A stretch of 38,458 nucleotides of DNA from Thelocarpon superellum (lineage: Eukaryota), in NCBI GenBank assembly GCA_026025795.1, contig JAPEUG010000136.1:1-38458 (forward strand), read 5' to 3'. The notes under the pieces were generated by a model that saw nothing but the letters and a program-made list of their open reading frames with translations, was not told the DNA's origin and searched no databases. The translations under genes and the position numbers were made by a program. Positions 23,508-35,435 of the stretch are shown here, piece by piece; the first letter of the stretch is position 1, and every line of letters begins with the position of its first letter.

Positions 23508-24794
23508 ATGGAGAAGTCCCCCACCTCCTCCGTGACAGGCACGCCCCGTCTTATCCTCCACGGGGGTGCGGGGAACATCACGCGGAGGAATCTGGGCCCC
23601 GAAGCATGGGCCCAATACCGCGCCGCGCTACTGGAGATACTCCGGTCCACGAACGACGTGCTCTCCAATGGCTCGACGGCGCTGGATGCCGCCACCCACG
23701 CCGTCACGCTCCTCGAGGCGAACGCCCTCTTTAACGCGGGGCATGGCGCCGTCTTTACTCGCGCCGGCACCAACGAGCTGGAGGCCTCGGTTATGGTCTC
23801 GCGTGGGAAGCGGAAGCGCGGATGTGCCGTGAGCCTGCTCCGGCACGTCAAGCATCCTATCCTCTTGGCCAAGGAGATGCTCGTGCGGGGAGAAGAGGAC
23901 ATCGTCCACGGCGGCGGAGCGTATCAGCATGGCCACCTCAGTGGTCCGGAGGCAGAATCGCTGGCGGCTCAATGGGGCTTGGATCTCGTGGAGCCCGGCT
24001 ACTTCTGGACGAAGAAGCGGTGGGAAGACCACCTGCGCGGCTTGGAACGGGAGAAGAATGGCACGGGTCTCCCCCATTGGCACCCAGACATGTATGTGCC
24101 TCAAGGGACCGTGGGTGCCGTGGCGCTCGACAGGTATGGCACGTTGTGCGTGGCCACCAGCACGGGCGGTCTCACCAACAAACTGCCCGGGCGGGTTGGA
24201 GATACGCCAACGCTGGGAGCAGGCTTCTGGGCCGAGGAATGGGAGGTGAATCTGCCCGCACCCTCGTCGAGGGCAATGCTACGCCGGACCATGAAAACCT
24301 TACTGGGAGATTGTTTTTCCGTCATTCGTATCCGATCCTCTGTGCCTCGTCGCGAGAAGAGGGCGGCGCCGCCGACGCGCGCCGTAGCAATGTCAGGAAC
24401 CGGTAACGGCGATTCATTTTTACGACTGTGTGCCTGCCATACTACTGCCGCCATGGCGCGTTTCTCGCCCGGTCCTCGTCTTCCCCTGCGGTCGGCCGTC
24501 ACTCGTGTTGCCGGCCCTGGCGGGGAGCTACAACGGTCGGCGGGCGATCGATGGGGCGAGACGGGCGAAGGCGAGGGCGGCATCATCGGCATTGAGGTCT
24601 CGAGCAACGGCCAGGCCGAGATTGTGGCGGATTTCAACTGCGGGGGCCTCTTCCGAACCTGGATCGACCATGTGGGCAGGGAGCATTGCATGGTCTTCCG
24701 CGAGGAGTATGAGTTATGGCGGGAACACATGCCCACGGGTTTGAAGAAATATCTGCATTGGGCGGTGTATCGAGGAGAGAATCTAATCGAGTAA
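23508..24794 (+). CDS. Type-2 (plant-type) L-asparaginase / isoaspartyl peptidase, Ntn-hydrolase
   Basis: Single ORF with ILHGGAG, FNAGHGAVFT, ELEASVM, the autoprocessing site G|TVGAVALD (Thr nucleophile), TSTGG, GRVGDTP, SGTGNGD and GEGGIIGI. The exact C-terminus is less certain. Confidence 0.9.
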   Translation: MEKSPTSSVTGTPRLILHGGAGNITRRNLGPEAWAQYRAALLEILRSTNDVLSNGSTALDAATHAVTLLEANALFNAGHGAVFTRAGTNELEASVMVSRGKRKRGCAVSLLRHVKHPILLAKEMLVRGEEDIVHGGGAYQHGHLSGPEAESLAAQWGLDLVEPGYFWTKKRWEDHLRGLEREKNGTGLPHWHPDMYVPQGTVGAVALDRYGTLCVATSTGGLTNKLPGRVGDTPTLGAGFWAEEWEVNLPAPSSRAMLRRTMKTLLGDCFSVIRIRSSVPRREKRAAPPTRAVAMSGTGNGDSFLRLCACHTTAAMARFSPGPRLPLRSAVTRVAGPGGELQRSAGDRWGETGEGEGGIIGIEVSSNGQAEIVADFNCGGLFRTWIDHVGREHCMVFREEYELWREHMPTGLKKYLHWAVYRGENLIE

Positions 24795-24974
24795 GCTTCC
24801 GAGCTTGCTCAGGGCATTGCGAAGACAGAGCGGAGTGTTCGCAGCAACGAGGCGGGAGACGGGACTCGTGCGTGGTCAGTTTCTTTGACAGGATGAAACG
24901 AAAAGAAGCGGCGAGAGAGACACCGGGACAGTCGGGGAAAACAGATACGATCGTAGCACGCCCTCTGCATGGGA

Positions 24975-27709
24975 CTACCCCAGCACCGCGAGCCGGTCCT
25001 GAGCCCGATGCAGGCGTTCCTTCTCTTTCTTCAGCTGGACACGTCGGGCCTCACGGTGAGGGTCCTCGGCCATGAGATAGGCACAGTGCTCTTGGGCTAG
25101 AAGACGACGTCAGCTGAGGATTGCTGCCGACGAGGCGGAAACGGTAGGGTTTGGCTCACCGTCCGCGCGTTCAAGCCCAAGGCCCTCGACGAGCGAGCGC
25201 ACCAGCAGCTTCCGGCACTTCAAGAAGAGGTTGCCCAGGACCCGGCGGTGGATGTTGTCGACGAAGCGCCACAAGGCGATCTCGTGATATCCACGCACGT
25301 GAGCGACGATGTCGACCTCCTGCCAGAACTCGTCCTTGCCCAGCCGCTTCAGATCGAATTTGGCCACCTTGGCCTCGCGTTTGCTTCCTTCTGTGACATT
25401 GTCCCCCTCATCTTCGTCCAGGGCCTCGTTGATGCGGAGCTCTAGCCGCATCTTTTGGAATCGCTGCTCCGCGTGCAACTTCCACTTTTCCTTGCCGTCT
25501 TGGTCCAACGTGGTGATGTATCGCATCTCCAGGTCAAATATGGCGTTGGCCTCATCGCGTTCGTCTTTTAGCCAACGTTCCAGGCAGCTCTGGATGAGCG
25601 ATACGAGCACCTCGAAGAGCTTGGTCGGCTTCCAGCTCCCCAAGGCATCCTCCAGACGAGCCATGACTTGCTGCCGGAGGAGCTCCGCCGACATGTCAAC
25701 AAAGTCCAACATGGGTCCTTTCCAGTGGGCCGCGCTCTGGCGACTCAATCGATCCACCGTGTGGGAGTCGATCAGTCCCGGCATCCCGGTCGTACGACCG
25801 CTGCAAAGCTCCTCCCGGATTCCAGTGAGAGTGAAGGTGGTCCCAACGACTGCGCGGAAGCGTGAGATAGGATTGGCACCCGCCTGCTTTGGACGCTTCT
25901 GTGGCGTTGACGTGGGGATAGGGGCTGGTCCCGAGCGCTTACGCTTGTTGGAGTCTGGCTCGCGCTTCACAGGAGTGGCTTCGTCCCCGCTGCTCACGAT
26001 CTGGAAGGATTCCACGCGATTATTCTTCCTCGACGGCGTGGGCGTCTCTGGGGCAGCTTGGATCGTACGTGGGCGTTGCCGAGGTCGCGGAAGGCCTGCA
26101 GCTGGGTCGGGATGGAGATCGGGGCGCGTCGCCATCAAGAGTTGACGGAAGGCAAGGGCGAGCTGGTTCCACTGCTTGTGGAAGGTATGGTAACCTGCAG
26201 CATCGTCAAGGTAGTGCTGCAGCTCGCTGCCCATCTTGTCTAGCTGCCCTTGGAGCTTGCGCGGAAGATCTTCCGACGGTGGGTCTGGCAGGGTCTGGAG
26301 CTCTTGCTCGATTTGCTCCACCTTTTTGCGAACCTGCTCGTTGATCAGGGGAATGCTAACGGCGGCGAAAGTCAGCGAGCAAGACCGGTAACGGAGACGT
26401 GGCGTCACACGAACCTCTTTTTGATTTGGCTCGTGAGCTTCTCCGAGAGTGCAAGCTGCAGCTTCTCCGTGCCAAAACGGTCGGCGTAGGGCAAGAACTC
26501 GGTGTTCCATGGCGCCTCGCGTCGAAAGAAGTCGGCTTCGGCGGTCCGGGCCTGCTCATGGCTGAGGGTCTGGTCACGAAGCCCTCGCTCGGGTTGGCGC
26601 GTCACGAAATAGCCATGGCCTTGCTTGAAGGACTTTCCGGCGAGCAGCTCGCCCCATTTCTTGTGCGAGAGCTTGCGGATGAGATCCGGCTTGGTCAAGA
26701 CTCCTGGAGCGGGATGAGACTGTGACGTTGTGGGAAGTCTCACCTCACATACCGATGCAGCGCTCGTCGGCCTGGACCTCCTTCACATAGCGTCCGGCCG
26801 TCGAGTTGTTGGCATCCTCGGTCATAGGCCTAGCCAACAGGACCAGAGAGTTGTCGTCCCGGATATAGGATTTGACAAGATTCTCCACGAGGCTCACCAC
26901 GTGGCCATGGTCATCCTACCCTCAATTTAACAGAGAACATCAATCACAGGCCCAGTCGACCCACATTATCCGCTTCCTGAATCACGCCGGGCAGGTCGGT
27001 AAAGGACAAATTTGGAAGGTTCGGGCCAGAGATCTACTTTCCATCAGTCATGAGTTCATCCCCCGCCATGTTCAGCGGACTTACATCTAGTCGGACGACA
27101 TTTGGAGAGAATTGCTCCCGGCTCGAGAGATGGTGCGTAAGTCCATCGTCATGTCGATATTTCATCGGGTTTTCATGAGGATTGAGGATGGCCTGCTGGG
27201 CCTGCGAGATTACCTTCTCGACCTCGTCTTTGCTGTGTATGGTTTCAAAGGCGACGTCCTCCGGCAGCTGTGGCACAAAGTTTCCAAATCGTCGGTCGGA
27301 CTTCTGACTCTCAAACAATGGGTCATACATGTACCGCATGTGCAGCGAGACTTTGCATGCCCACTGAGCACCTTCCGTGTTGTTTTCGGTGAGATTGATC
27401 TCGAGCGGACACTACCGCTCCATTAGCCTGCGTCATCGATCCTCGTCTGTCACCAGACAATCATACTCGGGTACAGGTTCCGACGTCCCGGGGCACTTTG
27501 ATCTCACTCATGGCCTCGATCAGGGAGCTCTTTCCCGTCGACTGGTCACCCACGACGACGATCTTTGGGAGCGATGGGATGAGATCTTCCACGCCTTGTC
27601 GTCTCAAGTCGTTGATCGCCTCGACGTACGGTTTGACGCCATGGGTCAGACGATCCAGACTGGCTGACCCGCCAGGCGGGGTGTCTTCCTGCGGGGTGTT
27701 GCTGGCCAT
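24975..27709 (-). CDS. Dynamin-superfamily (Mx-like) GTPase with middle domain and GED, about 802 aa
   Basis: Seven exons: 27709-27467, 27411-27085, 27033-26965, 26915-26753, 26703-26415, 26355-25160, 25096-24975 (2409 nt, in frame). G1 LPKIVVVGDQSTGKSS, G2 GTCTRCP, G3 DLPG, G4 VLTKPD; GED YHEIALWRFVDNI...LMAEDPHREARRVQLKKEKERLHRA. Confidence 0.9.
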
Positions 27710-29081
27710 CGGCGCTGCTTCGTGATCCTCATTAGCTCACAACGAAGAGAGCACAATTACACTAAATGGAGCAATAGGGCTGCAAACTCGGAGAGGTTGG
27801 AGATCCGTTTATGAAAGCCGGACGAGTACTGCCGTCGTCATCGATCCGCTCCGAGTGAACTGCATTCTCCGCTTCATTGGGCCCGTCAAACGAATCCATG
27901 GGGAAGTGCAGCTGCCCGCCAGGGGTGGATGATGATGAGCCCGGATCTGGAGAAGAACACTTCTGTCCGACTGGAATGATCAGCTTTTGCGAGGTCCCGC
28001 TTGGCGAGAATCATCTGGATCTCACTCACCCGCCTTGGTTGCTGCTGGCTCTTCAAGGGTCATCGACAGTTTGCACTGGGTCTACGAGAAGTTGAGAACG
28101 CGGTGTCGCAGCGGCAGGTTCAGATGGGGTGAGAGGCAGCTCCAAGGTGCCCAAGGTGCCCGAGGGAAAAGGGACGCAGAAGGGTTGGAGCGGGGACAGG
28201 ATATTGTGACGAGTGAAAGTCCTTTAAGTCCTTTGGATTGTGAGATTGGCGTCACATTAACTGTATACCACTGGAGACATGAGAATCGTAATAAGATAGA
28301 CGTTGGTACAAATTGACAGGATGATGCACACAAGCAATTCACTGGGTGTGGCACGGTCGATGAGGGCACATCTCGCGGATGCAGGCAGCTGATTCCGGTA
28401 GCCCAAAGTTCGAATTGCAGTCCACCATGGACTGCGGATGCAGCCACGGCAGTAAGCACGGCCACAGAAACTCCAGCTTTCTTGGTCTGTTGTGAGCGGC
28501 CGAAAGGTGTATTGGGATGCAAATGTGACATGACAGGTCAAACACGAGTCGGCGACGAGAAACGACGCAGCGAGTGTCTGGTCAACGTTCGCTACGTCCA
28601 AGAACCCAGACTGACAGTAACACATTTCAAGTCGCACGCACGCCCGTGGCCACTAACGCTCCGTCCAGGACATCGGGTACGAAGCACTCGGTACTCGTAC
28701 GTGGAGGTGTCAGCCACCACAGCCAGAGATCCCAACGAACATACGAAGCATTGCCCCACCTGTCCCAACTCTGCACTGCCAAGGACCCCTCTGTTTCCAC
28801 AGTCACGTACAACTAGTGCTTCGCACGTTGTAGAAACCCGCCGTCCGCTGGCTCTTTTATCGGCTAGCTTGATCGGTCGTAGATGGACGATTTCCGTGGG
28901 AACCAGCTGGCGATCTTCTCAAAGTTAAACCAATCCAATCCAAATCTCCCACACCTGGAATCTCGGGTCTGAGAAGTCGCTCATGATAGCCACACTCTGA
29001 CCCTCCATCTCCTTCGGGACTGCCTGTCTCATCTTGCTGAGTCTCACGGCCTATGAGATTTCCCTGACGACACCGGGCACC

Positions 29082-32000
29082 ATGGACGAACAAGAATTCG
29101 TCCAGCTCCTCGAGAGCGTGCTTGCCCGTAACCCTTTTTCCTCCCCACGGTGCGTGGATCGTGGGCTAACCATGGATGATGGCACAGCGGATACGGAACG
29201 GGTCAAGGCGGCCACGGCAACGTTGCGCAAAAAGTTCTACAGCGAGCCCGCATCGCTGCTCCTCCTTCTCAAGATCGTCACGTCCCATGACTCCGGCCCA
29301 GTGCGTCAACTCGCCGCCGTCGAGGCCCGAACCTTGGTCGCCAAACATTGGGAGTCCGTTCCGGCGGAGCAGAAGCAACGGATTCGTACGGCCCTCCTAC
29401 AGGCTAGCCTCAGCGAGCAGATAGCCCTCGTGCGGCATTCTGCGGCCCGCGTCATCTCGGCCATTGCCAAGATTGACCTAGACGACGGCGAATGGACGGA
29501 GCTGCCGGGCATCTTGCAGGCCGCGGCCACCAGCGCCGACGCGGCCCAGCGCGAAGTTGGCGTGTACATTCTCTTTACGCTGCTCGAGATCCTCGGCGAT
29601 GGCTTCGTGGAGAAGTTGGCCGACCTCTTTACCCTCTTCAGCAAGACCATCCGCGACCCCGACAGTGCCCAGGTGCGGGTCAATACGATGCTGGCCCTGA
29701 GCAAGATCGCCATGCTCCTTGATCCCGATGAGGATCCCCCGTCCCTTGCCGCCTTTCAGGCCCTCTTCCCCCACATGGTCGCCGTGCTCAAAGGCGCCAT
29801 CGATGCAAGCGACGAAGATCGGACGACCCAGGCTTTTGAGGTCTTTCAATCGCTGCTGGGCTGTGATTCGCAGTTGATGGCCGCGCACTTTAAGGATCTC
29901 ATACACTTCATGGTCGAGGTGGCCGCCTCGCGGAATCTCTCAGACGATGCGCGCGCGCAGGCGCTGTCCTTCCTCATGCAGACGGTCAAGTACCGGAAGA
30001 TGAAGGTGCAGGCGCTGCGCGTGGGCGAGCAACTCACGCTCAAGTGCCTGGAGATCGCCACCGAGCTGGACGAGCTGAAGAATGAGGATGAGGATGTGAC
30101 GCCGGCGGCAACGGCGCTGGGATTGCTGGACACCATGGCCCAGAGCCTCCCGCCTAGTCAGGTCGTGGTGCCGCTCCTCCACGCCTTGCCGCCCTACGTG
30201 AACAGCCCGGAGCCAGACCGACGACGAGCGGGCTTGTTGGCGCTGGGGATGTGCGTGGAAGGGGCGCCAGACTTCATCGCCACCCAGCTGAAGGAGATCT
30301 TTCCCGTCGTCTTCCGATTGCTGCAAGACCCGGAGATTCGCGTCCGACAAGCCGCCCTCCACGCCGTGGCCCGATTGGCAGATGACATCGCGGATGATGT
30401 GGGAAAGGAACACGCCAAGCTGGTGCCGGCCTTGGTGACCAATCTCGACTCGGCGACGGACCAAGTTCAGAGCAAGATCGACGGCGAGCGACAGCTGGAC
30501 ATCATCAAAGCCTCGTGTGGCGCCATCGACTCGGTCTTTGAGGGTATCGAGCAAACAGACGCGGCCATGTACATTGCCGAGCTAGCTCCGAGATTACGTC
30601 GGCTGTTCGATCATCCGGACTTCAAGGTCAAGGCCGCCGCCGTGAGTGCTCTGGGTACAGTAGCGTTGGCCTCGAAAGAGGCCTTCATGCCCTACTTTGA
30701 AGACACCATGCATGCCATCTCGGGTTACCTGACGATGAAGGAGAGCGAGGAGGAGCTGGACCTTCGAGGTCACGTGTGCGATGCGCTGAGCAGCATGTCC
30801 CAGGCCGTGGGGGCCGTTGCGTTTCAGCCCTTCGTCGGGCCATTGATGCAGGCGACCGAAGAAGCCATCCATCTCGACCATCCCCGCGTGCGTGAGACGA
30901 GCTACATCTTGTGGAGCACGCTCTCCAAGGTATATCGACAAGAGTTCACTCCCTACCTGGACGGCGTGGTCAAGGGTTTGACGCAGTGTCTCCAGCAAGA
31001 AGAGTCGGAGTTGGAGGTGGAGCTGGGCGAGGAGGCCCAGGATCTGCTCGGGAGTGAGATTGTTGTGGCGGGGAAGAAGATCAAGGTGTCGAGTGCACGC
31101 GACGGTCCGGCGACCCTCAGTCAGGCAGAGGACGAGGCGGACGGCAACGACGTGGAGATTGTCGATCTCGACGACGATGATGACGATGATGCGTGGGACG
31201 AACTCACGGGAGTGTCGGCCGTGGCCCTGGAGAAGGAGATTGCCCTGGAGGTGTTGGGGGATCTGCTCTCGCATTGTGGGGACAAATTCCTCCCCTACTA
31301 TGAGCCAACCGTGGCGCAGGCCATGGGATTCGTGGACCACGCCTTCGAGGGTCTCCGCAAGGCTGCGATCGGCGTGCTCTGGCGCGCATATGCCACGTTG
31401 TGGTCGGTGTGTGAGGAAGGGGGACAGATGGAGAAATGGAAGCCAGGACTCCCGCTACACGTTCCACCGACGGCGGACTTGACCAAGCTGGGACACGTGG
31501 CAATGACGGCAACGCTGGCATTATGGAAGGATGAAGTTGACAGGTGGGTTCTCTTTTCTTGGTTCTCGCCGTCTCAACGTGATGAAATACCTTCGTTACC
31601 CAGCTCACTTTGACGTTTTTACGATTGATGTGAACGCGAATCACTTCTGATTGGATGACATTCCATGGATACCCGGATGATGGTCGAGGGGATCTATGCT
31701 GATGATGGCAGTGGTACCGTGGTGGACATCAACCGGAACGTGTCGGCGGCGTTGAAGATGTGTGGCCCCGCCATCCTTAACGACGAGGGAGTGGTCAATC
31801 AGATCAGTGAGTTGGTGATCAGTCTCATCCGAAAGCAACATCCATGTCAACAAGATGTGGGCGACGACGAGGATCTCGAAGGACTGGACGAGTCGTCGGA
31901 ATACGACTGGTTGGTGATTGAGACGGCCATGGACGTGATTGTGGGCATGGCCACGGCGCTGGGACCAACCTTTGGCGAGCTGTGGAAGAAATTTGAGAAG

Positions 32001-32861
32001 CTGCTGTTGAAGATTGCCGGGAATAGCGAGGCAATGGAACGAAGCACGAGTGTGGGTGTGACGGCCGAGATTGTGGTGGCGATGAAGGAAGGCGTAACGC
32101 CGTACACAACAGTGGGTGCACCACTCCCAGCCGGGGTGGTAGGGCGTGACTGACACGCGTGACATCAGAGCCTCCTCAAGATCTTCCTCCACCGACTCAG
32201 CGACGAAGACGCTGAGACCAAGTCCAACGCGGCGTACGCCACGGGCGTCCTTTGCGAGCAGTCGACCGCGACGGCGGAGATCACCAAAGCCTACCCTACC
32301 ATCCTCACGAAGCTCGAGCCCATGCTGCACGTGACGGACCAAGCGCGCATGATGGACAACTCGATGGGATGTGTCAGCCGGATGATCGTCGCCCATCCGG
32401 ACGCGGTACCGCTGGCTGACGTGCTCCCTGTCGTGGCGGGCCTCCTTCCACTTCGCGAGGACTGGGAGGAGAACGATGCAGTATGGGGAATGATAGTGAC
32501 GCTGTGTGAGGATCTGAACCCTCCTTTCCCCCTCCACCTCCACCTCTACCTTCTCCCTCCCTGTCTCCCTGCCTCCCTCTTCCACTCTCCACGCTCCCGC
32601 TCTCCCCTTTCTCCCAACTCCACGAGACTAACGAGATTCGGGGGAGGGAAAACAGACCAGAGCAACAGCCCGGCAATGCGAAGCCAAACAGCGACGTTGC
32701 TTCCGAAGATCAAACATGTGCTCTTCGCACCGCCAAAGGAGCAACTGAGCGACGAGACGAGAGAAAAGGTCGTGGAGCTCGCCAAATACCTCTTTGTGCA
32801 CCAGCCTGATCTGGTGCGCCAAGCTGGCGACGGCTTGGTGGAGGCGTTGGGCCTTGAATGA
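29082..32861 (+). CDS. KAP123: Importin beta-4 / karyopherin Kap123 (HEAT repeats), about 1114 aa
   Basis: Exons 29082-29127, 29188-31543, 31712-32111, 32169-32505, 32656-32861 (3345 nt). IBN_N-like N-terminus (VRQLAAVEAR), HEAT repeats, acidic loop before SAVALEKEIALE, ESSEYDWLVIETAMD, KSNAAYATG, DNSMGCVSRM, LPLREDWEEN. Confidence 0.9.
31574..31654 (+). ncRNA. Intronic box C/D snoRNA, snR71-like (predicted guide for LSU rRNA 2'-O-methylation)
   Basis: Lies in the 168-nt intron 31544-31711. Box C GTGATGA 31579-31585; guide ACCCAGCTCAC 31598-31608, complementary to the conserved LSU rRNA sequence GUGAGCUGGGU; D' TTGA 31610-31613; C'-like TGATGT 31626-31631; box D CTGA 31647-31650; short terminal stem CAA/TTG. 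Confidence 0.8.
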
Positions 32862-32905
32862 ACCCAAACCAAACCCAAGCTGCGTCAGGGGGAAACAATT
32901 TTGAT

Positions 32906-32974
32906 GATGGGATAAGATGAGATGAGATGAGATGGATGAGATGAGATGAGATACGATACGATAGATAGATGATG
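32906..32974. repeat. Compound microsatellite (GATGA)n-(GATAC)2-(GATA)n in the KAP123/MAK5 convergent intergenic gap
   Basis: gatgggataagatgagatgagatgagatggatgagatgagatgagatacgatacgatagatagatgatg, read directly. Confidence 0.85.
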
Positions 32975-32982
32975 CAACGAGG

Positions 32983-35435
32983 CTAACGTAGTAAAACACG
33001 CGCATCGAGCAACGAGCCCAGGAACAAGTCCGCTCCCTCACCCTTCCCGTTGCCCTTGCCCTCTTCGTCTCCCTTCAAGCGCGCCTCTCGCTCCGCCAAC
33101 AGCGCATCGACATCGACTCCACTCTGCGCGCCGGCAGCCGCAGACGGGAGAGAAAGGGCAGAAGTGAAGTAGCGCGTGCTCACGCCGAGATTCAAGCGCT
33201 GGGCCAGTAGACGCTTCAGCTCTGCTTTCAGCGCCGCTGTCTCGCCTTTACTCATGGTCTTCCCTCCCCCTCCTCCTTCCTCTTTCCCGCCGTCATTTTC
33301 CTGACCCCTTTGGTCGCCTCGCCCTCCCTTCCTGGACTTAGAGGAGGCTTTGGTGAACTCCTCGCTGTCGTAGTCGACGCCCAGATCGGCCGCGGCGCTC
33401 TTGAGCCAGTTGTCTTCGTGCGCGTGGCGCGCCGCGGCTTGTTGAGATTCTGTCAAGCGCTGGGCGAGGCTCATTCGTGGTTTGAGCTTCGAGAGGAGCG
33501 TGGAGTCGAGTGTTAGGGCTGGGATTGTGTTCTTGCTCTTCGACTCGGAGCGGGAAGGGGAGGGAGCGGAAGCGGGAGCAGGTGCGGAGTCGGCGGATGA
33601 TGGAGCGTGGATCTTGTGAATCAACCGCCGTACGCCCTGGACTTCTCCAGGTGCACACATCAGGATGCTTCGCCCGATCTGGCCCGCCCGTGCGGTTCGC
33701 CCCGAGCGGTGCACATATGTGTCTGCTGCTCGCGGCACGTGGTAGTGGATGATCAGGTCGACGTGGGGGATGTCGAGGCCTCGAGCGGCGACGTCGGTGG
33801 CAATTAGAATCGGGTGGACTGCGGAAGAGGCGGAGGCGGACGAGAATCGCTCCATCGATCTCATTCGTGCCTTCTGCGCCATTTGCGAGTGCAGTGCTTG
33901 GACCGGGAGATCCAGATGTTGGAATAAGGCCGTGAGGCGGCGGACGGTCGAGATGGAATTCGTAAAGATGAGGATCCGTTGCTGCGTGTGGTACATAATC
34001 AGGGTGTACAGGAAGAGGTCCTGTGGTCATTAGTTTGGGCTTTGCCACTCGAGAGAGAATCTCACCTTCTCCATCCCTCCGCATTCCACCAAGCCTTCTT
34101 TCAGCCCCTCGGCCATTTGCGATTGTGGATTGACATCCACCATCTTGGGCGGTTGTCGGAACTTGATCTTCTTCATCAAGTATTCCGTCGACAATGCTCC
34201 GTCCGTCACTCCTCGTTTTCCCTTGCCGCTCAGCTTCCGTTGGAGATCTTGGTGAAAGGTGGCAGAGAAGACGAGAGTTTGACGAGATTGACGGGGTTGA
34301 CGACCCTTGTGAGCCTGGTCATCCACCTCCAAGACGTCCAAGATCTGTTCAAACTCCCTGTAATGTCCCTCATCGACCAATCGATCGGCCTCGTCCACTA
34401 CCACGAACTTGACCCGTCTCATCCACTCCACTAGCGCATTTCCATCCCCTAGCACATCCCACAGTCGTCCCGGTGTTCCGATGACGATGTCGGCCTTGGC
34501 CAATAGTCGTTGTTGCTTCTGGACCGACAGTCCACCTGTGACCGTCACAATGGACGGTGATGCAGATGGCGTGTGGGCGCAGAGCGCCGTCAGATGTGAC
34601 GACAGTTGATGGGCTAGCTCTCGCGTCGGGGAGATGATCAGGGCACACGGGTCCGGTCGACTCGCGGCCCCCAGACCCTTCTCTCCCCCGCGGTGCTCCT
34701 CTCGCTCCTGAAAATACTCCAAGATCGGAATGGCAAAAGCAAGCGTCTTGCCAGATCCCGTAGACGCCTTTCCAATCACATCATGTCCTGCTAGCACCTC
34801 AGGGATGCTGGCCGACTGAATAGGCGTAGGTCGGGCGAAACCCAGTCTCGACAACGACGTCATCGTCTCGGAGGACAGTCGCAGAACATCCCAGGCTGAT
34901 ACTGTCGGACGATTAGGAGGAATATCAAAGGGTCTTGGGGGCTCCTACCATCAACTCCATCATCCGTAGCTTGCTCGTCTAGGTGGGCAAATCCATTGGT
35001 CCCGCCCGGCGGCCCCTTATGCGCGGCCTTTTTCTTCCTCCTCTCGGTCGGTCTCCCAGGACCCCTCGCCGGGGCAATGGTCGCATCGCCCAGCCCTTTC
35101 CATTCGCCGCCTTCACCCTCGCTGGCCTCTCCCTCATTGCGTCTCTCCTTGTCATGTCTGGTATCTGAGATGCGATATGTCACGGTTCCCTTCTCAAGCT
35201 CTCGGACGACCTCGACATCGTCTACCTCCTCGAGTCCGCAGAAACCCTCGGCATCTTCAAGCCGATCCACGCTCACCTCCTTCCATGGAAGCTGCTGCGA
35301 AGAGACTTTTACCAAGGTCGTCTGGGTTGGGCCCGTCGTCGTGACCAAGTCTTCATGTCGTTGATCGACCTTTCGACGCTTGACCCGTTGGTCGTTTCTA
35401 GATCCCATCTTCCGTTTCGGAGAGATGGTGGACAT
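32983..35435 (-). CDS. MAK5: ATP-dependent DEAD-box RNA helicase Mak5/DDX24 (60S biogenesis), about 786 aa
   Basis: Exons 35435-34949, 34901-34066, 34020-32983; introns 34902-34948 and 34021-34065. Motifs [55 protein letters not shown], plus Mak5-typical [33 protein letters not shown] and [18 protein letters not shown]. Confidence 0.92.

Noticed and set aside
15334..24794. Peptidase-like gene + P450 + Ntn-hydrolase as a secondary-metabolite or RiPP cluster
   Set aside because: No PKS, NRPS, terpene synthase, DUF3328 gene, short-repeat precursor, transporter or cluster regulator in the window; Dug2 and the asparaginase are housekeeping-type genes.
24707..24794. Possible extra intron (GTATGA at 24707) or C-terminal extension of the asparaginase
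   Set aside because: No clear branch point and acceptor giving a better ending; cannot be decided without homologues or RNA data.
27709..29082. Functional coupling of the NLS-bearing dynamin with the head-to-head importin
   Set aside because: Classical bipartite NLSs use importin alpha/beta-1 rather than Kap123; adjacency alone is not evidence.
25309..32585. Long antisense ORFs (25309-26145, 30594-31340, 31641-32585)
   Set aside because: Shadows of the dynamin and importin coding strands caused by high GC3 codon bias.
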